This document shows positions 27,623-41,633 of a DNA stretch of 64,000 bases, piece after piece. How positions within the stretch are numbered: the first letter of the stretch is position 1; each line of letters opens with the position of its first letter. Under the pieces are notes generated by a model. It made no database searches. It was not told where the DNA came from and worked only from the letters and a program-made list of their open reading frames with translations. A program made the translations under genes and the position numbers. The stretch lies in contig OZ024743.1 of NCBI GenBank assembly GCA_964016885.1, positions 273,048,001-273,112,000 of the forward strand, written 5' to 3'. Source of the DNA: Eledone cirrhosa (lineage: Eukaryota).

Positions 27623-27709
27623 ATGTACGTATACATACTTATATCATACTTATATTTAAATATCAGCTGTACTAAGAGTGAGATATGAAATTTCGTTTCA
27701 TTCTTTTCC

Positions 27710-27743
<34 letters not shown>

Positions 27744-27826
27744 AAAGTTCTATTTAAATTGTTGGGATACAACAGCAAATATTTTTATAACTAATATAAA
27801 GCACTCGACAAATATTTGGAGTAGAT

Positions 27827-28994
27827 ATACGATATTAATAAATGGAAACTATATTTATAAAACCATATTTATTTCATTATATATATTTCAAGGATACCAA
27901 GTTACATTATGGTATGCCTTCATCAGACAAAATACAATATATAACAGTTTTATAAATAGACATTGACGTACCCCTTTAAAAATTGACCGTTGCTTTTGGA
28001 GGCCATCAGGATAGTGGTTTGTTTACTTTAGTAAGTTATATTGTTAAGAGTAAGTAAAAAGGTAGAGATAGAGAGAGAGAGAGAGACGTGGAGAAAAGAA
28101 AGGGAGAGATAGATAAAGAAAAAGAAGAAATTAAAAAGAAAAGAGAACAGAGGAAAAATAACTGGGAGATATCAAACCATTACACAGAGAAAAAATCCAG
28201 AGCGAGATATATAGAGATAGAGAGAGGGGGGAGAGAACGAACACCTTAAGTTATGTCATATTAAGTTGAGTTAACAATTGGGATGAAATGCATAAATAAA
28301 ATTAGAAATATTAATATTCATGAATGGAATATAGATATATAATATGAGAAATTACACATTGTTTAATTATGATTAGATATTTAGTTTAAAAGTTGAGATC
28401 AATATATTAAACATTGGAATTTAAACATTATAAAATGTATATATTGCTAGAGAGATTATCTATCGTATATTACGTACACATAGGCAAAGTTACATAAATA
28501 TATATATACACACTCACTCAGAAAATAAACATTATATCTACTCCCGCATATAATATATACATACCAAGCATAAGTGATATTTTATTTATTGCTATACATT
28601 CCTTGTGTTATTAATTAAAAATAAAATTTTTTTAGTATATATATATAAATATATAGGATTAACTTTCATGCATTTATGGCTGTTAAGTTATGCATATCTG
28701 CAATCTTCTTTTTCTTTATTTATCTCTCCCTTTCTTTTCTCCACGTTTCTCTCTCTCTATCCATCTTTTTACTTACTCTTAACACCATGACTTACTAAAG
28801 TAAACAAACCACTATCCTGATGGCCTCCAAAAGCAACGGTCAATTTTTAAAGGGGTACGTCAATGTCTATTTATAAAACTGTTATATATTGTATTTTGTC
28901 GATGAAGGCATACCATAATGTAACTTGGTATCCTTGAAATATATATAATGAAATAAATATGGTTTTATAAATATAGTTTCCATTTATTAATATC

Positions 28995-28999
<5 letters not shown>
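27827..28999. repeat. ~300-bp inverted repeat pair (27827-28130 / 28705-28999) with a hammerhead core, ending in (TA)n
   Basis: The arms are clearly reverse-complementary. The minus strand of the left arm reads CTGATGA-AGGCATACCA..TGGTATCCTT-GAAA-TATA-TA (27875-27935); the right arm has lost a T (CGATGA). Confidence 0.85.
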
Positions 29000-29061
<62 letters not shown>

Positions 29062-29516
29062 CACAAATGGAGATATATAGATTGAGAGGGATGTAAGTTT
29101 AGATATAAGCAAATACGTGATATATATTCATGACAACACTCATGAAAGGCTTTATTTTACGATGATCTTGGAGAAAAAGAAAATTCTGCTGCCAAACTCT
29201 TTGTGTGGATGTGATTCATACAGCGTAAGTCACGAACCTCGTTGGTATAGATATATTTAGGTATTGAATTGTGTATGTGTGTTTTGTCATTAAATAATAC
29301 ATTTGTCCACAATAAATGATGTACAAAAAATGATAAGACTGGTGAATTATAAAAACATTCTGAGTACATGACAAAATACAAGGAAATGTAAAGATGTTAA
29401 GATTGAGAGAAAATCCATTACAACGGAACGAGTGAGGTACATACACTTGAAGATAATATTCATCTCATTTTAACGTGAAGATATGTGATGATGAAAACCG
29501 AAAACCACCGTTATAA

Positions 29517-29578
<62 letters not shown>

Positions 29579-29617
29579 GTCCGTGTGTGTGTATATACTT
29601 TTCTCTCTCTCTCTTTC

Positions 29618-29665
<48 letters not shown>

Positions 29666-29677
29666 TCTCTCCCTCTT

Positions 29678-29710
<33 letters not shown>

Positions 29711-30279
29711 TTGTGCGTAGGGCGTGTCTGTGATTGAGGGCGTGTTTATGTAAGCTCGTTGTCTGGTTTGTTTTCCAGACAATGTAAATATATTTTGATG
29801 GAGAGGTCACTTTAGAAGTGTATTTATGTATATGCTTATGTAGACATACTCGCGCTCACATCATAAAACAAACACCCACGTAGTTTATCGCCCATTTTCT
29901 AGATTAATATGCACCATTATTGATGGACAATTCGTATGTTAATAGTATATTCTCAAATAAAGTTTATAAATATAAAATATAGGGCAAATCATTTCAAAAC
30001 TTTATGGACCATCATTAATTCTTTCAATGAAACGTGAAATCTCTAATGATCCATTCAATGCGGTATATGTGATTTTCTTTTGAAAGGAAAACAAGAACAT
30101 TGTTTTAAAAATTCACTTAACGCCGGCTTTCGGTATCAGTCATTCTATTAATAATATATGACTGAGTTGTTGAACATTTCATTCGGCATCCCTGAGTTCA
30201 GGACCACTTCGTAGCATCTTAGATATATATGTTTTAACAAAATTTCGAGTAGAACCAAGACTTGTGGAGGAGGGAATTT

Positions 30280-30575
30280 TGTGAAAGGAAAATTTATGGA
30301 GGCACTTCAAATGGATTGTACCTTTTATTTCCAGGTCTAGATTTGTCAGATTATGTCAAAGTTGTTCGACGTGAGAATTGTTAAATCTCTAGCTGTCTGT
30401 ATGAGGAAGGTTGGTGTAAAAGCCAAACTCACTATCTTCAATTCGTTATTCGTGCCAACACTTAAACATGGTCATGAATCTTAAGTAATGACGGAAAGAA
30501 TACGATCACGTATACAAGCGGCTGAAATGGGATTCCTCTGAAGGGTTTTTGGAGTAAGGTTACCAGCGATTTTGG
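30280..30575 (+). pseudogene. RTE-clade LINE fragment (RT thumb region)
   Basis: AKLTIFNSLFVPTLKHGHES*VMTERIRSRIQAAEMGFL*RVFGV. Confidence 0.75.
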
Positions 30576-30657
30576 GGACTCGACGCCCACGACCATCCAA
30601 GAAATAATTTGAAAAATATGTATTTTGAATACCCACTCACTTATGCATTAATATTAG

Positions 30658-30740
30658 TTTCTTCTTCTTCTTCTTCTTCTTCTTCTTCTTCTTCTTCTTC
30701 TTCTTCTTCTTCTTCTTCTTCTTCTTCTCCTTCTTCTTCA
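30658..30740. repeat. (TTC)n microsatellite
   Basis: Direct reading. Confidence 0.95.
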
Positions 30741-31691
30741 CCATTACCATCATTATCAGTAAGAAAATGTTGTCTTAGATTGTCTTTTATGTAATTCACA
30801 GAATATAATTATTTTAATTCTTTACTATAAGCTAGTATTTATGTTTTATCTTGTTCAATGTTTTAAATTCTATAATATTTTTAAAGAAGAGCGATACGTA
30901 ATATAACGATGCCAACTCAACATTGCGATACAGCATACTCCTTGCATTTAAGGAAAATATTTCTTTGAAACCAAATCATTCAATTTAACTGTTTTTGCTA
31001 CAATTGCTGTAGTAATAGTTAAATTTAATGACGAATAATGAATTAGTTTATATACTTTACTCTGTTTTGGTCTGTTTCATAAATTTATGAGGTCACATTT
31101 CAATGGAATCTGTAGGATAAAAAACAAAATCTCCGTATTTAATCAATACAATTATTTTCATCTTTACAACGTGCCTTATGTAAGTATAAAGATTCGACTA
31201 CCTGTACATAACAAGGCGATAAATTATATTTGCACAATTTTAAACTAAAAACATTAAAATATTTAGCATGTCATTTCTCTTTCCATTTCGAATATACATT
31301 CCACCAAAATCAATTTTACTCATCAAACAACTATCAAAATTATAGAGATCAAGTAAACAACCTTTATTCACCGATATAGTTCTGGGGATACATATATTTA
31401 TATATTTATGTCTGTGTGTGTATGTGCGTGCGTGTTTGTGTGTGTATGTGTGTGTATGTGTGTGTGTATGTGCGTACGTGTGTGTATCAAACAGAAGGTT
31501 ATTTATCATTGAATAAAATGTGCATCTCAATGAAACGATAGCTAGATTGATCATATCAAAGGAACGTCTTCCTCTCTATTTCTTTCTCTCTCTCTCTCAC
31601 TCTCTCCCTATATATATATATAAATATGTATATATACATACATACGCAAACACACACACACATACACAGAAACACACAGACACCCCCCCCC

Positions 31692-31749
<58 letters not shown>

Positions 31750-31810
31750 GTGTGTGTTTGTGTAAAGGCAGAGTGAGATAGTGTGGGAAATGTGAATTAA
31801 AAAGAGATGC

Positions 31811-32007
31811 GAATAATTGTTTCAACTTTTTGGCACAAGGCCAGCAATTACCCAGTACATTATTGGTACTTTATTTTATCGACCCCGTAAGGATCAAAGG
31901 CAAAGTTAACCTCGGCGGGATTTGAACTCAGAATAGCAAGGGCCGTAACTCTATGCGTCAAAGCATGGCGTCCGACCCTCTACCAATACTGCCAATTCAC
32001 CGCCCTT
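31811..32007 (-). mobile_element. Full-length tRNA-derived SINE (family 1)
   Basis: Near-consensus copy including the GGCGGTGAATTGGCAG head. Confidence 0.9.
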
Positions 32008-32552
32008 GAGATGCAAATAATGGTGGTTTGTATGTTTGAAATAATAGAGAGATTACAAAAACTGAAGATAAATTACAAGTATATATTTTGAAATGTACTT
32101 TTCTTGCTTAGGCCTGAGATAATCCCTAATTGAACAGATTTATTATCAAAGACCTTACGTTCTGAATATGATCATCTCGTCGTTCCATATATAATCATCA
32201 TTGCTCTATGCGCCACGACATTTTAAACTTTTGATTTGGATTAATTTAGCTGCAGTTTGTAGCAAGCCAAATAACCTTATGGGTTATATCTCCATCACTG
32301 CTACGGTGGTTAGTTGTTGTATGCAATAAATGATTTTATAATTTACTTAAATAAGAAATTAATTTCAAATGACGATGAATCCACCAAAATCTAAACAAAA
32401 ATGCCTGTGAAATATATACATATACATATATATATTTAAGTTACTTTAAACAGCTAAGTGGATGATGGAGCTGAGCCATTGAAATAAGTATAGGGATTTC
32501 ATAGGAATTAAAAATTACAGCACACCTTCCAGTACGGATTTCTATGTTGTTT

Positions 32553-32709
<157 letters not shown>

Positions 32710-32867
32710 ATACACGCACACACACAGATACACACATACACACATATACAAACACACATATATATATACACATATATATATGTTTGTGTGCGTGTGTGTT
32801 AAGTATTTCAGTAGAAAAGGTAAAGGAAAGAAAAGTGCTCTATGTATAGTACAGAGCTATTTAATTA

Positions 32868-33065
32868 CATAATATACAACACGATATAATTATCTGATTA
32901 GCGAAGGTTTCGAGAAACTAGTTGATTCTTACAGAAACCTCTAGATCGTTCGCCAGACAAAACAATTTTATTAAATGTTTTGCCTCGCCAATACATTTCT
33001 GTCAGAACTATCTAGTCCCTAGAAACCTTCGGTAATGAAATAATTATATTGTGATGTTTATTATG
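32868..33065. repeat. Old imperfect palindrome (~70-bp arms) with hammerhead-like GAAACC-TTC-GGTA
   Basis: Arms 32868-32937 / 32995-33065 are reverse-complementary with mismatches. Confidence 0.65.
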
Positions 33066-33081
33066 AATATATATATATATT

Positions 33082-33324
33082 CATAAGGAAAGTATATACT
33101 TTCGAACGTTCAACCATTTGGCAGAAGGGTATACGGTGCTGACGATAGCTAACAAGCTTGAAACTAGTACATAGTTCCTGTGTCAGTGTTGAACAAAAAG
33201 GTGACGTGGTTGCCTTAACACCGTACGGCATAAATCAGGCTGTCCGTTTGTTTACAAACGAACAAAGCGAACATTATAATAAGTGTTCGCTAAACTGATA
33301 CGTACATATATATATGTGTGCCTG

Positions 33325-33366
<42 letters not shown>

Positions 33367-33419
33367 TGCTACTGTACGTCTGAATACATATATGTATGTA
33401 CGTATACATACATACTTAC

Positions 33420-33424
<5 letters not shown>
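33082..33424 (+). mobile_element. Family C partial copy, empty of the RTE cassette, with hammerhead at 33133-33175
   Basis: ACGGTG CTGACGA T AGCT AACA AGCT T GAAAC TA GTA CATAGT; single ATGTACGTATACAT site; (TA)n on both sides. Confidence 0.85.
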
Positions 33425-33506
<82 letters not shown>

Positions 33507-33509
<3 letters not shown>

Positions 33510-33750
33510 CGTTTCTGAATTTGTTTAGCAAGATTCTTTATCTGAAATCGTGTGTTGAAACCGATATTGTTATACTTTGGGAGGGTCATGTTGCCAATAA
33601 GAAACACACGCACCAGTTGCTTTCACTTCAATTTATTATAATAAATTTATAAATTCCTAAATTTATAAATTTATTATAATAAATTGAAGTGAAAGCACTT
33701 GATGCGTGTGTTTCTTATTGGCAACATGACCCTCCCAAACTATAACAATA
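33507..33750. repeat. Family E repeat with an inverted arm (33507-33640 / 33672-33750) between two (TA)n tracts
   Basis: Reverse-complementary segments; homologous to 21150-21297. Confidence 0.8.
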
Positions 33751-33954
33751 TATATATATATATATATATATATTTATGTAAAGAAAAGGAACGTTTTTCA
33801 ATTTACATGTTTACATATCAATATCAATTGAGGTGTAAACAAATCTTCAATGGCCGACATATTAAAATTAAAACAAACATTATTTTTATTTACATATGAA
33901 CTCCCGTCCTGTTAGACGAAAAAGCATTAAATATTCTTCGCATAATTACCTGTT

Positions 33955-34118
33955 GGTGCCAGCAATTACCCAGTGCATTACTGGTACTTTATTTTATCGA
34001 CCCCGTAAGGATGAATGGCAAAGTTAACCTCGGCGGGATTTGAACTCAGAAGGCAAGGGCCGTATCTCTATGCGTCAAAGCATGGCGTCCGACCCTCTAC
34101 TGGTACTGCCAATCCACT
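33955..34118 (-). mobile_element. tRNA-derived SINE (family 1)
   Basis: Consensus core and B-box. Confidence 0.88.
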
Positions 34119-34789
34119 GAATGGAACAAACGGATATTGAGTATGTGATGGCATCTCTATTCTTAGTATATATATACATATAAAGTCATAAATGGGAAAT
34201 GTCAGCCAAATGAATTCAGAAGAATTAACTATACTTACTTCACATAGTCCTACACCAGTTTCGCATTTCAAGACCTATATCAGGCATCTTAACAAGCCAG
34301 TATATCTAACATCGACAGAACAGGGAGATTTCTCATAATATGAGAAATCATATTCACCTTTATATATCTGTTTTTCTAAATGAGAAAACGTCATGCATGC
34401 TAAATGTTTTTCAAATGAGAAAACTTCATGTTATTAGTAGCTGGTATGAATAAAAGTAATAGATTGACGGGCGGATATATATGTTTCGTTCTTTATTCTA
34501 TACAGAGATAGATAGAGAGAAAGAAAGGGAAAGAGAGAGATAGAGAGAGCGAGAGAGAGAGTGAGTGAGAGACAGAGAGAGATAGTTAAATAGATAGATA
34601 GATAGATAGAGAGAGAAAGAGAAAAGGAGGGAAAAGAATATGTATATATATACACTTTGACAAACGTGGTCATTAGCGAAATAGTAAGTCACTCACAGAC
34701 CTTCCTCTGTGAGATGAATTATATACTCTATTCATAAATATTGAGTACGCTTCGTTTAATATATAAAGCATACACATTATATATATATA

Positions 34790-34851
34790 GAAAATAATTT
34801 ATAGCTTACTGGAAACTCAACAGGAACCACATACTTACATGCACATACACG

Positions 34852-34900
<49 letters not shown>

Positions 34901-34957
34901 ATGTGCATGTAAGTATATGGTTCCTGTTGAGTTTCCAGTAAGCTATAAATTATTTTC
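34790..34957. repeat. Palindrome with ~70-bp arms centred on (TA)n
   Basis: GAAAATAATTTATAGCTTACTGGAAACTCAACAGGAACC... versus ...GGTTCCTGTTGAGTTTCCAGTAAGCTATAAATTATTTTC. Confidence 0.9.
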
Positions 34958-35155
34958 AATTATATTCTCTTCGAGACTCAAATGTCTAATCATGGTATTG
35001 TCCAGAAAAACGTATTATAAACGAATTCCATTCCGAAAAATATTCGAGTTGTCTCTAATGTTTGGAATTCTTCCAATCATTCTTAATTTACTCTGAAATG
35101 TTCATTTTTTTCAGATTTGTCCGATATTATTTTATCTTTTAGTGCGCGCGCACAC

Positions 35156-35269
<114 letters not shown>

Positions 35270-38200
35270 TAGATATTTGTTTGAATTCTAATTTCGGGGA
35301 CACATATTAAATTTTTTTTTTACTAACTGCACAATTTCATCTCGGATTTTAGAAAACGCTTTTGATGTGCTAGTTTGCTCGGAAATATTCTTCATTGTAT
35401 AATATTGTTATTTGATATAGTTTTCCTGTACGTTTGTGCAATAATTCCGTTTACGTTGATTTATGTTCTTACTTGGATTTTATAATAAGTAGTTATGTGT
35501 GATGGATCTTGGGAATTATTTGAACACCGAACATAATTATTTGTGGTGTTTGCCCAGTCTCTTAGCTTTGTAGGTCATTCTATTAAGTAGGAGTATTTGA
35601 ACTGGTATATTAAACATGGACGATCCCAAAGCAAACCAAACAATAAAAATGCTGTTTGTTTGAATGGCATTCCTCTCGAATCTATTCAAAGTATATGCTT
35701 TGCATGAAATTATATTGGAGATTACGTAAACACTTCAAACGCACTAAGCGGAAACAAAACCAATTATGTTAGCGTTACCTCAATCTAAAGAGAAAAGCAC
35801 TATCTTATTGAGCTCTATATTTTAAAAAAGAATGATCATTAGTCTAATTTAAGCTTTAAGGAACTTCAATAGGGATTAATCCAAAAAGGTTTTAAACCCG
35901 GCCAGTCAACGACAAATATACTAGCCTTGTGAAAGTGTAAAACCCAGGAAATTGCCTGATATCATTAAACTTGTTTGTTTTAGCAAAGTCGTTGAGAGTA
36001 ACCCTAGACAGAAAATGTGTAAAATCCTGTGAATCTACAGGATAAATTATCAGAAATAGGGTACATCCCGCGGATGGAGAAAATGATTTGTGCATATATA
36101 CGGTATAGTTCCCTTCTAATATATATTCCTTCACTTAAGTTGTTTGGAAATTAATTATTCTTCTTTGGAAAATTACAATAACTGTAGCGACCAGTAATCC
36201 TTCAACTATGTAACCTATGGTCTCATGGTTTTGGTAAGCATTTTCTATTTTACTTTCTTGAACGAGGGTCTTTTGAAGGGAGATATATGAGCATAGTATA
36301 TGTCCAGCTGTTACTAGTGTCAAAGTTTGAGATAAATATTCTTTGTCATTTCATTGAAAAAACTAAGCTATATAGAACAGACTTTCTATTCAGTTCTTCA
36401 TTTTTGCTTGACTAAATTTCTTGATAAATATGCTTTACGATAATATATTCCATCTATCCAGCATATAATGCGATTCCTAATTTCCTTCTTAGGTGAAAAT
36501 GTTGATATTCATAACATGTCACTCCTAATATTTCAACAAGTAAAAACTAATGTTGCGCATATTTCGATATACATATGTGTGTTATCAAAAACTATTATGA
36601 TCAATAAATTTTGTTTTGTCAGAAGTAATTATGTAAGAGGATATGTGACACAAGGTGAATTTTAGAACTTAGCCTTTTGCATATCTATTTCGCTATATCA
36701 CATTAGTGAACAGGAATCCTGTCGTGCTTCACCTTCATCACTATCGATCTTATTCAGTGTTTGGTGGACTCTTCCCGGTATTAACATAGTGTCAAATCGT
36801 AACGCAGACATTCAGATAAAATTGAAAAAAACATTTAGAATGTTAGTTATCTTTTGTTCAATGATTCAATGCTGCTGGAGACATTGCAATTTAGAGAATG
36901 CACTTGTTTCAATATTTTTGAATTCTACTTTCTTGGAAAATTCAAATATTTTTATGTTTATTAGTTGGTGTGAAGACATTTTCTAGAGCTCTTAGATGTT
37001 GGGAGAAGCGTTGCTGATACTTAGCCTGAAAATAACTATAATGGTACGCTCGCATAATCAGAGGTATCCTGACCACAACTATCCTTCTTTCAATCACACA
37101 CAGAACATCTTGTAATAAATTATCCAGTTTGTTCTACATATATTACAATTGGTTGAGTCTAAGCTTAAGGACGAATAACTGTCGAGAGGCTATATCAAGA
37201 GACATTTGAAGCAAAGGTAGCTGGAATATGCTAGTGCTCCAAATAGTTTGTTTTGAATGTCTATCGAGCAGTTAAATCAATAGATAAAGATAGTTGGATT
37301 ATGTCAGTGCTGCAAATATTCTGTTTTGAATTTTAAGTTAGTAAACATGTTATAGAAATGCTGAGATATATACTTCTATCGAGAAATTATTGCAAAATAT
37401 ATTTATTTCTTGATTGCTATTAAAAAGAAACAGCAGTAGATTCGTCGTGAAAGAGGCATTTAATGTTCAAATACGTCCACTGTTCTTTTTATATTGTAAG
37501 AAAACTTATACTAAATAGAATAGCTTCATTGTAACGTTATGAAGCATAGTAGAAACGTTCAAGTAAGAGTCGTGCAATTTACTCTACACAATTAATGTTG
37601 TCTTCAACAAACATATGGAAGAGAAAGTTACTCACACTTAGTTCCTCCCCCAAAAGTACTACAGTAGAAAATGCTAGTTATAATGATACTAGCGACTCTG
37701 ATTAGCCACAGCCAAATGCTTTAATGCTTCAACTATTTGTTTGTAGATATATGCACATAATAACCCATGTAAACGAGGAAGTAAACACAACTGCTCTGCG
37801 AATATACATTCTAAATAGAATACAAACAATTTAATAAATAATATTTCTAAAATCAAGAGAAACCACTACATTTCTCGTCATATTTATCGTAGCATATCAA
37901 GTACATGTTCTATTGTAGCTTCTACTGGAACGATTTTTGTTTCAGCGATATAAGTGATATTCATATTGTAACTCAGTGATTAAATTAGTAATACTCACGT
38001 TGGTATTATTTTCGCTTATGTTTCATATACTAACCCAGTTCAACCTTTAGTGAACGTAGTTGAAACAAATTATTCATGCATTCCACGTATTCAAACTCTT
38101 TATTCATCATTTTGTGTCATGCTCGAAAAGTAATTTCCTGGAAACAACATATAAGTAGTCTAATGATGGATTATTTAAATATGTTCATTTTACTTTAGAA

Positions 38201-39114
38201 AACCTATCATTGATACACTGATGATCAGATATCTTCAAAAGAATGTATGTACATATAACCTAACTAATAATATAACTATTACGAAACATTTCATATTTAC
38301 GATTTGCGAAATGTATATTCCTCGTTTACCATTGTCAGACATGATAATAACCTGCGCCAGTCAAATGCATTATATAATATGGGAACTGCTTCGTAAATTG
38401 TAAACATCACAATAGAGTTCGCAATTCTTTATTGTCAGCCAGCTGTAATAGAAATCTAAGATATTCTTGAATAACCGCCGTCAGTCTAATAATGTGTCGC
38501 TTATTGGCAACTATTTTCAAGTGGTTTTCCTCTCTCTTTTGCTTGTTCCATCCTTTCATAAAAGCCAATTGTGTGTAGTATGACAGAGAAAATCTTAAGT
38601 GATGGACTGATATTTCAAACATGATTTTTAAAGAAAACAAAACTAACCTTGCTCATAGCCTCATTTCTCTAAAGGGGGGAGCTGGAGACATCTCCTGCTA
38701 TTTTAATTTAACAGTTAAATACATTCAAATTATAAAGAACATCATTCTCAATAAATGAAGTAGAATAGCAATACATGCACAAAGAAATTGATAGTATTTT
38801 TTACCGGAAATAATACACCTATAAACAGTATTTTCATGTCTAAATTGTTTTATGAACATCAAATTGATTATTTGACAGAACATGAAAATATTTCATAGAG
38901 TTTACAACTTTTCACAATATTCAAATCCCATCAAGTGATGTGTGAAGACATTTAGTTCCCTGTTATAAGTACGTCATTCGTATAGCAGGTGTTATAATCG
39001 TCATTACTTTGAAAATAACACTTTTCAACATTAATACAGATATTGTTACTGACATTTTACAAGTAATATTTGTATCCTTGTTGTTGTTGTTCATCTTCTT
39101 CTTATTAATAATAA

Positions 39115-39303
39115 TAATTGTTTCTACTTTTTGCACAAGGCCAGCAATTATGCAGTACATTACTGGTACTTTATTTTATCGACCCCGTATGGATGAAAGG
39201 CAAAGTTAACCTCGACGGGATTTGAACTCAGATCGTAAAGGGCCGTAAATCTATGCTGGAAAGCATGTCCGACCCTCCACCGATACTGCCAATTAACCGC
39301 CGT
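39115..39303 (-). mobile_element. tRNA-derived SINE (family 1) between (TAA)n tracts
   Basis: Consensus match. Confidence 0.9.
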
Positions 39304-39699
39304 TATTAATAATAATAATAACAATAATAATGATTTCTTCATTAGCCTCACGGCTCACATTAAGGAAACATTAAAGACGATATAGGATGATACAGCGTTG
39401 GTTTTTTTTGGTGTAAAATAACATTTATAAAAGGGACTAAGGAAATAAACATTTAAAACAAACATAACAACTTCCGCAAAGGTGAAGAGTCTCTAAGGGT
39501 TACTCGTGTCGAAATCCCACAAATGCCACAGTCACCCTGTCCGCTAGCGCAAAGTGCCCTCTCCCAATGTTTCCACTGTGATCTACAGGCGTATGCTCAA
39601 ATCAGGCCCATTCACACGGACCATGCTCGCCACTCTCACCTACCTTTCAGCAAGCTGGTTGGAAGGCAGCACTTCCCTCCCCACCCTGATAATAATAAT

Positions 39700-39945
39700 A
39701 GAAATAACTCGAATGTGGAAAATGAAAACAGAAACAATACCTATAGTAATAGGTGCTCTGGGAATGATACAAAAACACACAGACAAATACATAACCAAAA
39801 CCCCATGACTTACAAATATATACAGGATACAAAAGATAGCAGTGGTAGGCACTGCACATATATTACGAAAAGTACTATCAATACAATAGAAACAACATTA
39901 GCAAAATCTACACTATTCATACCAAAGGCGCACAGAGCAACAGAA
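39700..39945 (+). mobile_element. 3' tip of an R4/Dong-like RLE retrotransposon (a different family) in (TAA)n
   Basis: EITRMWKMKTETIPIVIGALGMIQK...IQKIAVVGTAHILRKVL; (AAT)n on both sides. Confidence 0.75.
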
Positions 39946-39974
39946 ATAATAATAAAAATAGTAATAATAATAAT

Positions 39975-40070
39975 AATAATTGTTTCTACTTTTGGCACAA
40001 GGCCAGCTAATAACCCAGTGTATTACAGGTACTTTATTTTATCGACCCCGTAAGGATGAAAGGCAAAGTT
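39975..40070 (-). mobile_element. Truncated family 1 SINE
   Basis: Tail and core only. Confidence 0.85.
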
Positions 40071-40087
40071 TAATAATAATAATAATA

Positions 40088-41620
40088 GTCCTTGCCCTGA
40101 TACCACTGTCCGTAATAATGCGAAAAGTGAGAGCAGGATACAAGTTGGGAAGAGTGAGAAGGAGTTGGATGTACTTGTTGATACTGTCCGATTTTTAGCA
40201 ATAATTATATGTATGGAATTTGGTATTAATAAGTGTGGAGTCCTAGTGATGAAGAAGGGTAAATTGAGCTGAAACAATGGAATCAAGGTACCAACAGGTG
40301 AGATGATAAAGGAAATAGCACTGAAGAAGGATACAAATATTTAGGTGTTCTGGAGGCAGATGACATCAAGAACAAAAGAATGAAGGAATTGTTAAGATCT
40401 GAATACATAAGGAGATTAAGGAAATACTAAAATCACATCTAAATAGCAGGAATGTCATAAGTGCAGTGAATTCCCGAGCTGTGTCTATTATTAGGTACAG
40501 TGCGGGAATTCTGAAATGGAATGTTGCTGAACAAAAAGAAATGGATAGGAAGACTAGGAAGCTATTGACTATCTACAACATGTTCCACAAGAGGAGTGAT
40601 GCTGATAGACTCTACTTAAAGTGATCTGAAGGTGGAAGAGGTCTTATCAGCATAGAGGACTGTGTCCAGATGGAAAAAAACAGTCTGCACAAATATGTCT
40701 CTGACAGTAGGAAACCAATGTCAGAATTGTACTGAAGGAGAAGACAATAGACCAGGGGATGTCCAAGGAGGAAATAACAACAAGGAGGGAGAACAACCTT
40801 CATGAAAAATGCCTTCTTAGTATCTTCTTTAAGAAAACTGAATTTAGAGATCCACATACATGGAACTGGTTAAAAAAAGAAGACCTTTAAAAAGCTACAG
40901 AAGGAATGCTAATGGCTGCGCAAGAGCAAGCCCTCAGAACAAAGTGAGTGAAATACCATATTGACAAGGAGGAGGCTAGCTCACTGTCTTGGATCTGTGG
41001 AGAGAGAGAGGGGAGACTGTGGCTCACATTGTATCCGAGTGTAAACACCTAGCCCAGACTCACTATAAAGGCTGGAGACATGATGTGATAGGCAGGGTGA
41101 TCCACTGGCATCTATGCAAAGTAAACAATTTACCGCATTCTGAGAAGTGGTATGAGAATAAGCCAGAGTCGATGATAGAAAACGATCAAGTGAAGGTGCT
41201 ATGGCATTTTAGGATACAGACGGACAAGAAATTAGAACACAGTGTCATTGACAAGGAAAAAACATCGTGCCTGATTGTAGATGTAGCCTGCCCATTTGAC
41301 ACGAGAGTGTAAGAGAAGGAGAGGGAGAAATTTAACCGATACCAGGATTTAAAGTGGGAGGTAAAAAGGATATGGAACTGCCAAGAGTTCAAGGTCGTCC
41401 CAATTGTCATTGGAGCACTAGGTACTATCTCAAGGAGTTTCCACGGATGGTTAAAGTAGTTTAGTCCAGTCCCGCTTTTTGGAACACTTCAAAATGCATG
41501 CTTGCTGGGAACAGCAAGAACCCTCCGATACGTCCTGAATATCTGAGGCTGCTGGTAACGGCTTCATATTCATTTCAACAAACTTTCCAGTTAAATAACA
41601 TCAATGACTGAGACTCAAAG
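40088..41620 (+). mobile_element. 5'-truncated, decayed R4/Dong-like RLE non-LTR retrotransposon, copy 1
   Basis: YKYLGVLE, GGRGLI, AAQEQALRT, GETVAHIVSECKHLAQTHYK..RHD (zinc knuckle), LIVDVACPFD, VPIVIGALG; flanked by (TAA)n, the known Dong target. Confidence 0.9.
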
Positions 41621-41633
41621 AATAATAATAATA

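Larger units (their letters stand above)
26245..27712 (+). mobile_element. Hammerhead-containing retrozyme-like element (family C): inverted empty arm 26245-26628 + ~1059-bp terminally redundant monomer carrying an RTE-derived cassette
   Basis: ~380-bp inverted arms; ATGAAATTTCGTTTCATTCTTTTCCATT is repeated at 26626 and 27685; flanked by (TA)n. Confidence 0.85.

Noticed and set aside
27238-27688. Near-identical short ORFs at 27.2-27.7 kb and 44.3-44.8 kb suggesting a conserved small protein
   Set aside because: Explained by nucleotide identity of the repeated cassette; starts and stops differ between the copies.
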